Shown: piece after piece, positions 9,348-18,906 of the stretch
Numbering within the stretch: the stretch's first letter is position 1
Layout: every line of letters starts with the position of its first letter
NCBI GenBank assembly: GCA_964291415.2
Contig: OZ219917.1
Span: 160,001-224,000, forward strand
DNA length: 64,000 nt
Direction: 5' to 3'
From: Alphaproteobacteria bacterium
GTDB taxonomy: Bacteria; Pseudomonadota; Alphaproteobacteria; SP197
Notes under the pieces: model-generated
Databases searched by the model: none
What the model was told of the DNA's origin: nothing
What the model saw: the letters and a program-made list of their open reading frames with translations, nothing else
Position numbers and translations under genes: made by a program

Positions 9348-11366
9348 TTGGCGCTGATGCTGGGTATCGACACCGGCGGAACCTACACCGATGCCGTGTT
9401 GCTTGACACCACCCGGGGCCCTCTCGGGACGGCAAAGTCGCTGACGACCCGTCACGACCTGACCATCGGCATCGCCGGGGCCGTCGATGCGGTGCTGGGC
9501 GAGCATGCCGACACGATCGCCCTCGTGTCGGTTTCGACGACACTGGCCACCAATGCCATCGTCGAGGGCCGGGGCAGTCCGGCGGCGCTCATCCTCATCG
9601 GCCACGCACCCGGTGACGGCCACAGGAAGGATGTCATGAGTGCGCTCGCCGGCGGTCCCCTGATCCAGGCGCGCGGAGGCCACGACGCCCTGGGCGAGGA
9701 AACCGCTCCGCTCGATCTCGATCACGTGGAAGCCCAGGCCCTCGGGGTCGCCGGCAGTGTCGCGGCCTTCGCCGTCTCCTCGATGTTCTCGGTTCGCAAT
9801 CCGGCGCACGAGATCGCGGTGCGCGACATGCTGCGCGGCTCGACCGGCCTTCCGGTCTCCTGCGGCCACAGCCTGAGTTCCGAACTCGACGCGCCGCGCC
9901 GCGCCCTGACGGCACTGCTCAACGCCCGGCTCATCCCCATGATCCAGGAACTCATCGTCACGGTCACCACGCTGATGACCGACCGCGGGATTGAGGCCCC
10001 GGTCATGGCTGTCAAGGGTGACGGATCGCTGATCGATGCCGCCACGGCACTGGAGACTCCGGTGGAGACCATCCTGTCGGGCCCCGCCGCGAGCGTCATC
10101 GGCGCCCGGCATCTTTCCGGTCACGACAACGCCTTCATTTCGGACATGGGCGGGACCACCACCGACATTGCCCTGGTGGAGAACGGGCAGCCCAAGCTCG
10201 ATACCAGGGGCGCGCGGGTCGGCGGCTACCACACCATGGTGCGCGCTGTGGCCGCCTACACCAGCGGCCTCGGGGGCGACAGCGAAGTGCGCCTCGACGA
10301 GAAGGGGCGGCTCGCCATCGGTCCGCGCCGTGCCGTGCCCCTGGCCCTCCTCGCCCAGCGTCACCCTGGCGTCATCGACACTCTCGAAAGGCAGGTGAAG
10401 CGCGCCTGGCCGCTCGAGTGGGACGGTGTCTTCGCGCTTCGCCTGCGTCAGCCCGCCAGCGAACCACCCGGCCTCTCGCGGCCCCAGCGTCACCTGTGGG
10501 AGGCGCTCGCCGCCGGTCCCGTCGCCATGGAGCACCTCTATCGCGACCGCTCGCCCAAACTGTCGCTGGAGGCCCTCATGGAAAGAGGGCTCGTCATCAC
10601 GTCGCGATTCACGCCGAGCGACGCCGCCCACGTGCTCGGCATCCACGACGCCTGGGAGGGCAAGGCAGGGGACCTCGCGGCACGCTTGTGGCTGAGGTGG
10701 TGGGCCATGACCGGCCACGCGACACCGGACGACCCAAAGGCCTTCGCCAATCTCGTCCTGGAGTCGACGCTCGCAGCCAGCGCCTACGCGCTCATCGAAG
10801 CGGCGATGCAGGAAGAACACGGACTTCCGCTCCCCTCCGGACGTTCGGCCGATGCCCTGCTCCAGGCGGCGACGGACGGCCGTGAGGGCACGCACTTCGC
10901 GCTCGACGTGCGTCTCAACCATCCGGTGGTGGGTGTCGGAGCGCCCGCCGCGACCTACTATCCGCGCCTCGCCGACCGCCTTCACACCGACATCGTGGTG
11001 CCACCCCATGCCGGCGTGTGCAACGCGGTGGGCGCCGTCGCCGGAGGCGTGGTGCAAAGGGCCGATGGACTGCTGACGGCGCCCCGCAGCGGCGTCATAC
11101 GCTGCCATCTGCCTGAAGAGGTGACGGACTTCGAGGACCTCGAGGAGGCGGCACGCCATGCCAGCGGCGTGCTGGAGCGCCTGGCGCGCCAGGCGGCGTT
11201 GAGAATCGGCGCCGACGACATCACCGTGCACGTGGACCGCAGGGACGAGATCGTCCCGTGCAAGGACGGCAGTTCGCTCTTCATCGAAAGCCGCCTTGCA
11301 GCCGTGGCCGCAGGTCGTCCGGCACTCGGCTGTCAGGCAGGTCGCGGTACGAAGCCCTCCTCGTAG
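9348..11366 (+). CDS. Hydantoinase/oxoprolinase family protein
   Basis: LGIDTGGTYTDAV, STTLATNA, TILSGPAAS, DMGGTTTDIA, NAVGA; TTG start after GGGAG. Confidence 0.9.
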   Translation: MALMLGIDTGGTYTDAVLLDTTRGPLGTAKSLTTRHDLTIGIAGAVDAVLGEHADTIALVSVSTTLATNAIVEGRGSPAALILIGHAPGDGHRKDVMSALAGGPLIQARGGHDALGEETAPLDLDHVEAQALGVAGSVAAFAVSSMFSVRNPAHEIAVRDMLRGSTGLPVSCGHSLSSELDAPRRALTALLNARLIPMIQELIVTVTTLMTDRGIEAPVMAVKGDGSLIDAATALETPVETILSGPAASVIGARHLSGHDNAFISDMGGTTTDIALVENGQPKLDTRGARVGGYHTMVRAVAAYTSGLGGDSEVRLDEKGRLAIGPRRAVPLALLAQRHPGVIDTLERQVKRAWPLEWDGVFALRLRQPASEPPGLSRPQRHLWEALAAGPVAMEHLYRDRSPKLSLEALMERGLVITSRFTPSDAAHVLGIHDAWEGKAGDLAARLWLRWWAMTGHATPDDPKAFANLVLESTLAASAYALIEAAMQEEHGLPLPSGRSADALLQAATDGREGTHFALDVRLNHPVVGVGAPAATYYPRLADRLHTDIVVPPHAGVCNAVGAVAGGVVQRADGLLTAPRSGVIRCHLPEEVTDFEDLEEAARHASGVLERLARQAALRIGADDITVHVDRRDEIVPCKDGSSLFIESRLAAVAAGRPALGCQAGRGTKPSS

Positions 11367-12292
11367 AAGCGGTACCAGTTCCCTCCCATGACACCGGCGA
11401 TCTCGTCCGCCGTCATGCCGACGGCGCCGAGGCCCTCCTCGATGGCGCCGAAGCAGAGATTGCTGGTGAACCAGGAAGGGAAAGGCGGAACGGCGGCATC
11501 ACCGCCATCGTCCCTGGTCCAGCGTCCGGTTCGCATCCAGCCGATGACGCGATCGGGCTGATCCTGCACGAGATCCGAACCGATGCCGATGCGGTCCATG
11601 CCGAACCGTTCGCCGGTTTCGGCCACCATGCGGCAGAAACTCTCGAGGCTGCACTCCGAGCCACCCTTGAGATGCGGCGGATAGAGGGAAAACCCGATCA
11701 TGCCGCCATTGCCCGTCACCGCACGGATGGCGTCGTCGGACTTGTTGCGCGGCACGGGCCACCAGCGTGTCGGATTGGCGTGGGTGATGGCGATCGGCCT
11801 CTCAGAGAGTTCCGCCGCCTCGATGGTGGAACGCTCGCCCGAGTGGCTCATGTCGATGACCAGCCCGACCCGGTTCATCTCGCGGATCACTTCGCGGCCC
11901 ATCCGGGTCACACCCGAATCGTGAGGCTCCTGGAAACCCGCCGCCAGGAGCGACTGGTTGTTGTAGGTCAGCTGCATGAAGCGGCCACCCAGAGCATGCA
12001 GAATCTCGATGAGGCCGATGTCGTCCTCCATGGGGCTGCAGTTCTGGAATCCGAAGAAGATGGCGGTCCGCCCGGTCTCGCGGGCTCGTCGCACGTCCTC
12101 GGCCCACAGCCCGTGAAAGATGAGATCCGGGTGCAGCTCGAACCACCGGTTCCACCGCTCGATGTTGTGCACCGTTTCACGGAAGGTCTCGTGGTAGGCA
12201 ATCGTGACATGCACCGCATGCACCCCGCCCTCGTTCATCTGCCGAAAGATCCTCTCGGACCAGTTGGCATACTGGAGATTGTCGATCCTCAT
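11333..12292 (-). CDS. Membrane dipeptidase (peptidase M19)
   Basis: MQLTYNNQS, IDMSHSG, ITHAN, IGIGSD. Its 3' end overlaps the convergent hydantoinase gene by 34 bp. Confidence 0.9.
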   Translation of the reverse strand: MRIDNLQYANWSERIFRQMNEGGVHAVHVTIAYHETFRETVHNIERWNRWFELHPDLIFHGLWAEDVRRARETGRTAIFFGFQNCSPMEDDIGLIEILHALGGRFMQLTYNNQSLLAAGFQEPHDSGVTRMGREVIREMNRVGLVIDMSHSGERSTIEAAELSERPIAITHANPTRWWPVPRNKSDDAIRAVTGNGGMIGFSLYPPHLKGGSECSLESFCRMVAETGERFGMDRIGIGSDLVQDQPDRVIGWMRTGRWTRDDGGDAAVPPFPSWFTSNLCFGAIEEGLGAVGMTADEIAGVMGGNWYRFYEEGFVPRPA

Positions 12293-12489
12293 GGCGCAAC
12301 AGTGCATCCGACAGACCATCAGGTCCACATCGACCGCGCCTCAACGAACGGCAGGGGGCCATGACCGCAGGGACGTGCCGATCGCCGCCCTGGTCAAGGC
12401 GGCAAAGCCGATGGTGCAATTCGAGGCAAGCCAGGCCGAGCCATGACATCCAATGCGCTCCGGTCCTTCGGCAACGGAGCACCGGCGGT

Positions 12490-12660
12490 GCGGACCCGAT
12501 GGACTCTCGACTCGCCGGCGACAAACGCCACGCTCATGGCCTTCCGTCCTGAGTAGCCGGTCGATGCCGAACGCGACTTCAGGCTGATGTTCGACCATCT
12601 CCTTCGGAGCGATCTTGGCTTTCCGGAGACCGACGCTCTGAAGATCCTGGTTCTCCCGCT
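12490..12660 (+). pseudogene. Decayed fragment of a parD-3'/parE-5' junction
   Basis: Aligns by eye with 14265-14415: CATGGCCTTCCGTC.TGAGT..CCGGTCGA.GCCGAACGCGACTTC.GGCT.ATGTTCGACCATCTCCTTCGGAGC. Confidence 0.85.
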
Positions 12661-12743
12661 GGCAGCATCAGTTTTCCCCGCAGGATCGTAACGCCCAGGC
12701 ACGCGAGTAACCGGCGCGAATGGCCCGCACACGCAGGTTGTGC

Positions 12744-13255
12744 CTATTCCTTCCGGTCTTGCAGGGCAGCATGGCCGAGCGGGAGGAACAGGCGCATCGG
12801 GTCGTCGGTCAGCGGTACGAATCCAAATCTCTCATAGAAGCGCTTTGCGTCCTCGTTCACGGCATCCACGATCAGGGCGTCAATGGCAACGGTCTGACTG
12901 GCAACCACGGTCCGCTTGACCGCATCGGCAAGAAGCATGCGTCCAAGACCGCGTCCGTGCGCCGGGCGGTCGACCGCCAGCCGGCCGATCAGGGCACCGG
13001 GTGGCGCGGCAACTTCCGGGAGAATTGCTTGGGCAACGAGGAGGGATCGATCGACAGGGCGCTCCGCGTGAAGAAGCCGAGGATGGCGTCGGATTCGCCG
13101 GTGGTGCAGACGAACACCCGGGCGATCCTGCGCCGTACGTCCTGTCCGGCCTGGCGCGCCAGATAGCGGTCCAGTTCGGGAAGGCCACAGGAAAAGGCAG
13201 TCCGGTCATGCCGCTCATCGAGCGGCTCGACAGTCAGCGCATCGAATTCGGTCAA
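12744..13255 (-). pseudogene. GNAT-family TA toxin (TacT/AtaT-like), frameshifted at about 12990
   Basis: HDRTAFSCGLPELDRYL..KLPRHPVP, then in another frame LIGRLAVD..GRGLGRMLLADA..VDAVNEDAKRFYERFGF. Confidence 0.85.
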
Positions 13256-13539
13256 CGTGAATCAACGCGCCTTGTGTGCTCCTCCAGGGCCGCACGGAGG
13301 CGGTCATTCGGCGGCGGCGGATCGGAGAGTGCATCGAAGAACCGCATGGCGTCCTCGCGTGCGAGCGCGATGGTCTCGTGACGGCGAACGGTCTTCTCCG
13401 CGCTCTCCATGGCACTGGATACGATGTAGGCGCTGACGGTCTTGCCTTCCAAGGAAGCCGCCTGCTCGATACGCCGCTTCGCCGTCCGGGTGAGTCGCAG
13501 ATTGATACGTTCGCTTCGGGCCGCGTCGGTCTGAGCCAT
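13252..13539 (-). CDS. DUF1778 (TacA-like RHH) antitoxin
   Basis: RSERINLRL..IEQAA..GKTVSAY..PPPPNDRL; 4-nt overlap with the GNAT toxin. Confidence 0.9.
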   Translation of the reverse strand: MAQTDAARSERINLRLTRTAKRRIEQAASLEGKTVSAYIVSSAMESAEKTVRRHETIALAREDAMRFFDALSDPPPPNDRLRAALEEHTRRVDSR

Positions 13540-13764
13540 GATTCCCACATCCTTCAGAATCAGGAAGGTACGTCGTTTCGGGGCCACCCAAAAGCCTGTG
13601 ACGCCTCCTTTCGCAATGGAAGACGAAACATGATCGACAGAATTGCGATGTGCCGGGACTGGTCAGGAACCATCTCGGAAAGCACGCGGCAACCCGTTGC
13701 ACACCGGGCCAACGGTCTCTCTCAAAGGCATCGTCGCCCGGCGTCCTGAAGGGTGGCCAACAGA

Positions 13765-13950
13765 GTCACTCAAGCAGTGAATCGAACTGGTTGGTCGCAG
13801 GAGTTTCGAGTGGCGCACATTCCGGCTGAACCATCGTCCACGGTGCGCCCGGTCCATTGGCAACTCGACGATACGCACCGCGGGAATGTCGAGCGGCATC
13901 ACCCTTCCAGCGTCGAGATGAGGGACGACATCAGGCCGATGGTCGGTGCA
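13765..13950 (-). pseudogene. Decayed copy of the 3' half of vapC
   Basis: Aligns by eye with 14729-14990: GCAGTG..TCGAAC.GGTTG.TCGCAGG, TGGCGCAC.TTCCGG.TGA, GCGCCCGGTCCAT, GGCATCACCCT, GACATCA.GCC.ATGGTCG. Confidence 0.8.
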
Positions 13951-14060
13951 GTCAATGGCGGCAGAGAATTGGAGTTGCCGAGAATCGAGCCTTGTGTCGT
14001 GATCGGCTGTGATTGAATGTCGGTGTCGCGCAGTACCAACTTGACGTCGAAGGGGGTCTC

Positions 14061-14336
14061 ATGACGGTCAAGTCCTCAATCTCGCTCACCGACGAGCAGC
14101 ACGCCTTCGCCAGGGCACTGGTCGAGGCCGGGCGCTATTCGAGCTTGAGCGCGGTGCTGCAACAAGGCGTCGACCTGCTGCGTCAGAGAGTGGACGCCGA
14201 GGAACTCGAGACCGCGGCGTTGCGAGAGATCCTGTCCCGGCGGCGCAAGGGCGCGTTCGTCAATGCGGATGCGATGGACGCGCGGCTCGCTGGAATGGCT
14301 GCCAGCAAACGCCGCGCCCATGGCCTTCCGTCTTGA
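14061..14336 (+). CDS. parD: ParD-like RHH antitoxin
   Basis: SISLTDEQ..LVEAGRYSSLSAVLQQGV. Confidence 0.85.
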   Translation: MTVKSSISLTDEQHAFARALVEAGRYSSLSAVLQQGVDLLRQRVDAEELETAALREILSRRRKGAFVNADAMDARLAGMAASKRRAHGLPS

Positions 14337-14667
14337 GTTCCCGGTCGAGGCCGAACGCGACTTCGGGCTCATGTTCGACCATCTCCTTCGGAGCTATCTC
14401 GGCTTTGGCGAAAGCCTGGAGAGCGCCCTCGATCACACTGAGGCGCGGATTGAAGAGATCCGCGCGTCCGCGGACCGGATCCTGGCCGCCCCCTACCGCG
14501 GCGAACGCCATGACAAACGTCTGCCCGGGCTTCGGCATCTCGCCATCGGACGGACAATGTTCTGGTTCGACGTCGATGACGGCCGGGAGGTAGTTCGCGT
14601 TCTGGCGGTGTTCTTCGGCGGCGAGGATCATGTCCGACACATGCTGGCCCGGCTTCTCAAGGAGTGA
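14320..14667 (+). CDS. parE: ParE/RelE family toxin
   Basis: AERDF..I..SADRILAAPYRG..LPGLRH..VRVLAVFFGG; overlaps parD. Confidence 0.85.
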   Translation: MAFRLEFPVEAERDFGLMFDHLLRSYLGFGESLESALDHTEARIEEIRASADRILAAPYRGERHDKRLPGLRHLAIGRTMFWFDVDDGREVVRVLAVFFGGEDHVRHMLARLLKE

Positions 14668-14729
14668 ACGCGGGGCCGGCGACGACAGGACGGCAAGGCC
14701 TGGGTGCGGCGCGGACTCGTCCGGGAAAG

Positions 14730-15167
14730 TCAATTCGGCAGTGTTTCGAACGGGTTGATCGCAGGGACTCCGAGCGGCACAAAATGGCGCACGTTCCGGG
14801 TGAGAATCGTAAGGTCGCGTACGCTTGCCGTCGCCGCGATGGCGAGGTCAGCAAAGCCGGGGGACTGACCCGTGGCGCGCGCCCGGTCCATCAGCAGCCC
14901 GGCAAAACGCGCCGCAGGAACATCGAACGGCATCACCCTGGCACCGTAGAGGTGAAGAACGACATCAAGCCAATGGTCGAGACGGTCGGCACGTGCAAGG
15001 CTGCCCGACCTCCGCAACTTGGCAATACCATTGACGACCTCGGCCACGGTGATCGTCGACAGGAACAGTTTGTCGGAATGCGTATCCAACCAATCGGTCA
15101 GCGTCGCGTCACGTTCACGACGGCCGGGTGCCCTGATTGAAAGAACGTTCGTGTCCACCAGGAACAT
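14730..15167 (-). CDS. vapC: VapC PIN-domain toxin
   Basis: MFLVDTNVLS, STITVAEV, DLAIAATA, LTRNVRHF. Confidence 0.92.
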   Translation of the reverse strand: MFLVDTNVLSIRAPGRRERDATLTDWLDTHSDKLFLSTITVAEVVNGIAKLRRSGSLARADRLDHWLDVVLHLYGARVMPFDVPAARFAGLLMDRARATGQSPGFADLAIAATASVRDLTILTRNVRHFVPLGVPAINPFETLPN

Positions 15168-15176
15168 CGCAAGCGC

Positions 15177-15419
15177 CTACAGAGCGATGTCTCGCAGCGA
15201 ACTCGAGTCACGCGGTGGCAGATCACCCTCTTCCAGTTCCGAAACAGCGAGAAGGCGACCGAACGACGGGACTTGGCAAAGGCGGTTCCATTCGTCGAGG
15301 CCAACGAGCACGGCCCGGGGCTGTCCGCGATTGGTGATGATGGCTGTCTCACCTTGAGCGGCTCCTTCTACCAGGGCCGACAGCTTGGCTTTGGCCTCTC
15401 TCAACTGCACCTTCCGCAC
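15177..15419 (-). CDS. Phd/YefM antitoxin (GTG start after AGGAG)
   Basis: VQLREAKAKLSALVE..GETAIITNRGQPRAVL. Confidence 0.9.
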   Translation of the reverse strand: MRKVQLREAKAKLSALVEGAAQGETAIITNRGQPRAVLVGLDEWNRLCQVPSFGRLLAVSELEEGDLPPRDSSSLRDIAL

Positions 15420-15430
15420 GGGAGTTCTCC

Positions 15431-15465
15431 TGACCACTATCGTCATGTGACCAATGTAGTCACAT
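15431..15465. promoter_or_regulatory. Tandem palindromic operators (TGAC-N7-GTCA x2) of the phd-vapC operon
   Basis: TGACcactatcGTCA at 15431-15445 and ATGTGACcaatgtaGTCACAT at 15445-15465, immediately upstream of phd. Confidence 0.7.
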
Positions 15466-15625
15466 TAGCCTTCTCCGTCGTCCTTCGCAATTGCTTCGGG
15501 CATCGGGCAGTGGAGAGGTGGCTGGATGAAGGAGAGCCAGCCTGCCAACTGAAGGGATCAGACCACCGCGGACGTTGGTGGCCATCGGCCTGCGCCTGAC
15601 GACTGGATGACCTCTTTCCTCTGGT

Positions 15626-17104
15626 TCACTCCTTCCAGGGTTCGAAGGCTGCGGGGAAGACGGCGTCGATGGGTTCGTTGTCGGGCCAGTAGTCGGCGAA
15701 ACGGTTCCATGCTTTTGTGCTGGATCGGCGCACTCCGTCGAGAAGATCGCCGTCGTCCCATGCCAGCAGCCGGCCTCCCTTCACCAGGGTGCGGCCATCG
15801 ACGATGACGGTGTCGATCACCTCGCCGTCGCAGCACTGGATGAGCGCCTTCAGCGGATCGAGGAAGGGTCCCACCCGCAACCGCTGGAAGTCCACGATCA
15901 GGATGTCCGCCTTGGCCCCCGGGGCAAGACGGCCCAGATCGTCGCGCCCCAGGGCCCTGGCGCCTCCCAGGGTGGCGGCGTTGAAGATGTCCCTGGTGGC
16001 GGTCGCCTCGAAATCGCGGTCGGCGATCTTGCCGGTCAGCGCCACGGTCTTGAGTTCCCCCAGCATGTCCTGGGGATAGGAATCGGTGCCGATGGCAAGG
16101 TTGACCCCGGCGTCGAGATACCGCTGGAAGGACTCGAGATGGACGCCCCGGCGGGCGAAGACGGTGGGCGAGTGGGCGACGCTCGCTCCGCTCCCGGCGA
16201 TGAGGGCAAGATCGTCGCCGCGCGTGAAGGCGATCTGCGAGTGGCCGGACGTGTAGAGCCCGTGACCCAGGATCACTTCGGGCCCCAGAAAGCCGAGATC
16301 GTGCAGCATGGCGACCGGCGTTCGGCCGGTGTGGCGCACGGAGTCCTGAAACTCCAGCACCGATTCGGCGACATGCATGGTGATGCCGATGCCGTGACGC
16401 GCCGCCGCCTCCTTGGTGCGGCGCAGCAGTTCCGCGGAAGACAGGTGATACTCGAGGGGCACCAGAATGGCCCTCACCCTGCCGTCGTAGGCGCCGTCCC
16501 ATGCCTCGACAAAGGCAAGGGCGGTGTCCAGCGTGGCCAGCCCGTCATCGTCATGCCAGTGGATCTGGTGGCGGCCGCTCTGGTCGTAGTAGTGATGCGC
16601 CGAGCGCAGTCCCGGCGCCGTGTAGAGGCGGATTCCGAGTTCGCCCGCATGGGTCGCCAGAGGTCCGAGTCCGCCTCCGGCAACCTCGCCGCCGAGTTCG
16701 CCTCCCATGTCGACCACCGTTGTCGAACCGAAGCGCAGCAGGCAGGCCAGACTGTAGCGGACGGCCGCATCCACGTTCTCATAGTCGTGAACCGTTGGAC
16801 CGTTGATCCCCTTGGCGGTGCAGTAGTTCATGAAACCGGACCGGAAGAGGTCGGCACGCCCACCGTCGAGAATCATGCGGTCCCCGGTATGGGCGCCAAC
16901 ATGAACATGCGCGTTGACAAGGCCCGGCATGACGAGGTGGCGACGGGCATCGATCATCTCGTCCGTCTCTTCGTGCCAGGACCGTCCGACATGAAGGATG
17001 GTGTCGTCGCGATAGACGACCACGCCATCGGTGAGAATGCGGTGGCGTTCGCCGTCGAAGGCGACGATCCAGCCGCCCCGGATCAGCGTGGTCTTCCCGG
17101 ACAT
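15626..17104 (-). CDS. Amidohydrolase family protein (SAH/MTA deaminase/chlorohydrolase-like)
   Basis: PGLVNAHVH, MHVAES, ILGHG, AIGTDS, GRLAPGAKADI. Confidence 0.9.
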   Translation of the reverse strand: MSGKTTLIRGGWIVAFDGERHRILTDGVVVYRDDTILHVGRSWHEETDEMIDARRHLVMPGLVNAHVHVGAHTGDRMILDGGRADLFRSGFMNYCTAKGINGPTVHDYENVDAAVRYSLACLLRFGSTTVVDMGGELGGEVAGGGLGPLATHAGELGIRLYTAPGLRSAHHYYDQSGRHQIHWHDDDGLATLDTALAFVEAWDGAYDGRVRAILVPLEYHLSSAELLRRTKEAAARHGIGITMHVAESVLEFQDSVRHTGRTPVAMLHDLGFLGPEVILGHGLYTSGHSQIAFTRGDDLALIAGSGASVAHSPTVFARRGVHLESFQRYLDAGVNLAIGTDSYPQDMLGELKTVALTGKIADRDFEATATRDIFNAATLGGARALGRDDLGRLAPGAKADILIVDFQRLRVGPFLDPLKALIQCCDGEVIDTVIVDGRTLVKGGRLLAWDDGDLLDGVRRSSTKAWNRFADYWPDNEPIDAVFPAAFEPWKE

Positions 17105-17319
17105 GGCCCAAGCCTCCTCATCGTTGATCCATCCTACCCGGTCGGCCTGGCGAAATCTGTCGTGTCCCGACCCCCTGAGGCGAGCTCCGGGACACGCGAC
17201 CCAACAATCCGCCAACGGACCGGCGCGCCGGATTCGACGGGATTGTGGCGCGATAGGGGGACAGTCGCATCGGGTCTGTGGTATCGGGCGTGACGTTTTT
17301 CCGAAGGGAGTCCTGATCG

Positions 17320-17883
17320 GTGGGTGACATACGTCGGGTCTGTGTGTTCTGTGGCTCGCGCCAGGGCAGCGATCCGCACTATCAACGCCTTGCTGCAGGG
17401 CTCGCCCGGCGTCTCGCCGGGGCCGGCCTCACCATCGTCTACGGCGGGGGCGGTGCGGGAATCATGGGAACACTTGCCGATGCAGCCGTGGAATCCGGCG
17501 GCACGGTGATCGGCGTCATCCCGACGTTCCTTCACGAACAGGAACACGCGCATCCCGGCATCGCCAGAACGATCGAGACACCGGACATGCACACCAGGCG
17601 CATGACGATGTACGAGAATGCGGATGCCTTCATCTCGCTGCCAGGGGGCATCGGCACTCTCGAGGAAACCGTCGAGGTTCTCAGCTGGATCACCCTGGAT
17701 ATCCACACGAAGCCGGTGATTCTCGTCGATACGGCGTACTGGTCGCCCTTTCTGGCCCTGCTGGACCACATGGACGACCATGGCTTTTCCTACCGCAGTC
17801 TGAAGGACTGCATCGACGTTGTGGACGAGCCCGGGGACGCGGTTGCGCGCCTCGTTGCAGGGACCTCCCGGACCACTCCCTGA
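17320..17883 (+). CDS. LOG family nucleotide phosphoribohydrolase (TIGR00730-type)
   Basis: VCVFCGS, VYGGG, PGGIGTLEE. Confidence 0.92.
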   Translation: MGDIRRVCVFCGSRQGSDPHYQRLAAGLARRLAGAGLTIVYGGGGAGIMGTLADAAVESGGTVIGVIPTFLHEQEHAHPGIARTIETPDMHTRRMTMYENADAFISLPGGIGTLEETVEVLSWITLDIHTKPVILVDTAYWSPFLALLDHMDDHGFSYRSLKDCIDVVDEPGDAVARLVAGTSRTTP

Positions 17884-17931
17884 CGCGCAGAAATCAGGCT
17901 CCGCCACCGTCCGACGGCAAGGAATCTCAGA

Positions 17932-18903
17932 TCACGAAGCGTCGATGCTTGCGAGTTCGTCGAGAGCGGCAACGGTGGCGGTGGCCATCGCGGGCTCATC
18001 GGGCATGTGTCCGCCGTGCTCGACGATGCGCAGGTCGGCACGGGGCCAGGCCTTCGCGAGACGCCAGGCCTCGCGCAGCGGCGTGCACATGTCGAAGCGG
18101 CCATGGACGATCGTTGCGGGGATGTGCGCAAGGCGGTCGCAACGCGACACGATGTGGTCCTCGCCGTCGAGAAAGCAGCCGTTCTCGAAGTAGTGCGCCA
18201 TGATCCGGCCGTAGCTTGCGCCGCCGTCGTCGTCGCCCTCGGTGAGGCTGGCATCGCGGGGATGGAAGTAGACCGAAGCCGTCTCCCAGGCGCCGAGGGC
18301 GCGCGCGATGCGGTTGGCGTCTTCGGGATCGTTGCCGCGTATGCGCCGGTAGGTCGCGGCTTCGAGGTCATTCAGGTCTTCGGGCGGGAAGTGGGCCGCA
18401 AAGCGGTCCCATGCCTCGGGATAGACCATGTTGGCGCCGAACTCGAAGAGCCAGCGCTGCGTCGTCCGGTCGGCAAGCCACACACTCCAGACACAAAGGG
18501 CGCTGACACTTTCGGGATGCGACTGGGCATAGACCAGGGCGAGGGTCGATCCCCATGAGCCACCGGCGACGTGCCAGCGCCTGATGCCGAGATGCTCGCG
18601 AATCCTCTCGATGTCGGCGACGAGATCCCAGGTCGTGTTGTCGTCGACGAGCGCGCTCGGCGTGCTGCGGCCGGCACCGCGCTGGTCGAAGGCAACCACG
18701 CGGTAGCGTTCGGGGTCGACGAGCTGGCGATGGCGCGGCGAGATCCGGCCGCCCGGACCGCCGTGGAGGAGGACGATCGGCACCCCGTCGGGGTTGCCGC
18801 TTTCCTCGACATGGAGCTCATGGCTCGGGGACACCTTGAGACGAAAGGCGCGGCGCGGCTCGCGGTCCGGATAGACGATGTGGGAGACGTCGGGGGCGGT
18901 CAC
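17932..18903 (-). CDS. pip: Prolyl aminopeptidase (alpha/beta hydrolase)
   Basis: LHGGPG, FDQRGAGRSTP, GGSWGSTLAL, GRFDMCTP, GH. Confidence 0.92.
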   Translation of the reverse strand: MTAPDVSHIVYPDREPRRAFRLKVSPSHELHVEESGNPDGVPIVLLHGGPGGRISPRHRQLVDPERYRVVAFDQRGAGRSTPSALVDDNTTWDLVADIERIREHLGIRRWHVAGGSWGSTLALVYAQSHPESVSALCVWSVWLADRTTQRWLFEFGANMVYPEAWDRFAAHFPPEDLNDLEAATYRRIRGNDPEDANRIARALGAWETASVYFHPRDASLTEGDDDGGASYGRIMAHYFENGCFLDGEDHIVSRCDRLAHIPATIVHGRFDMCTPLREAWRLAKAWPRADLRIVEHGGHMPDEPAMATATVAALDELASIDAS

Positions 18904-18906
18904 GGG

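Noticed and set aside
11333-11366. 34-bp overlap of convergent genes as an antisense control
   Set aside because: Short 3' overlaps are common in high-GC genomes; no further support.
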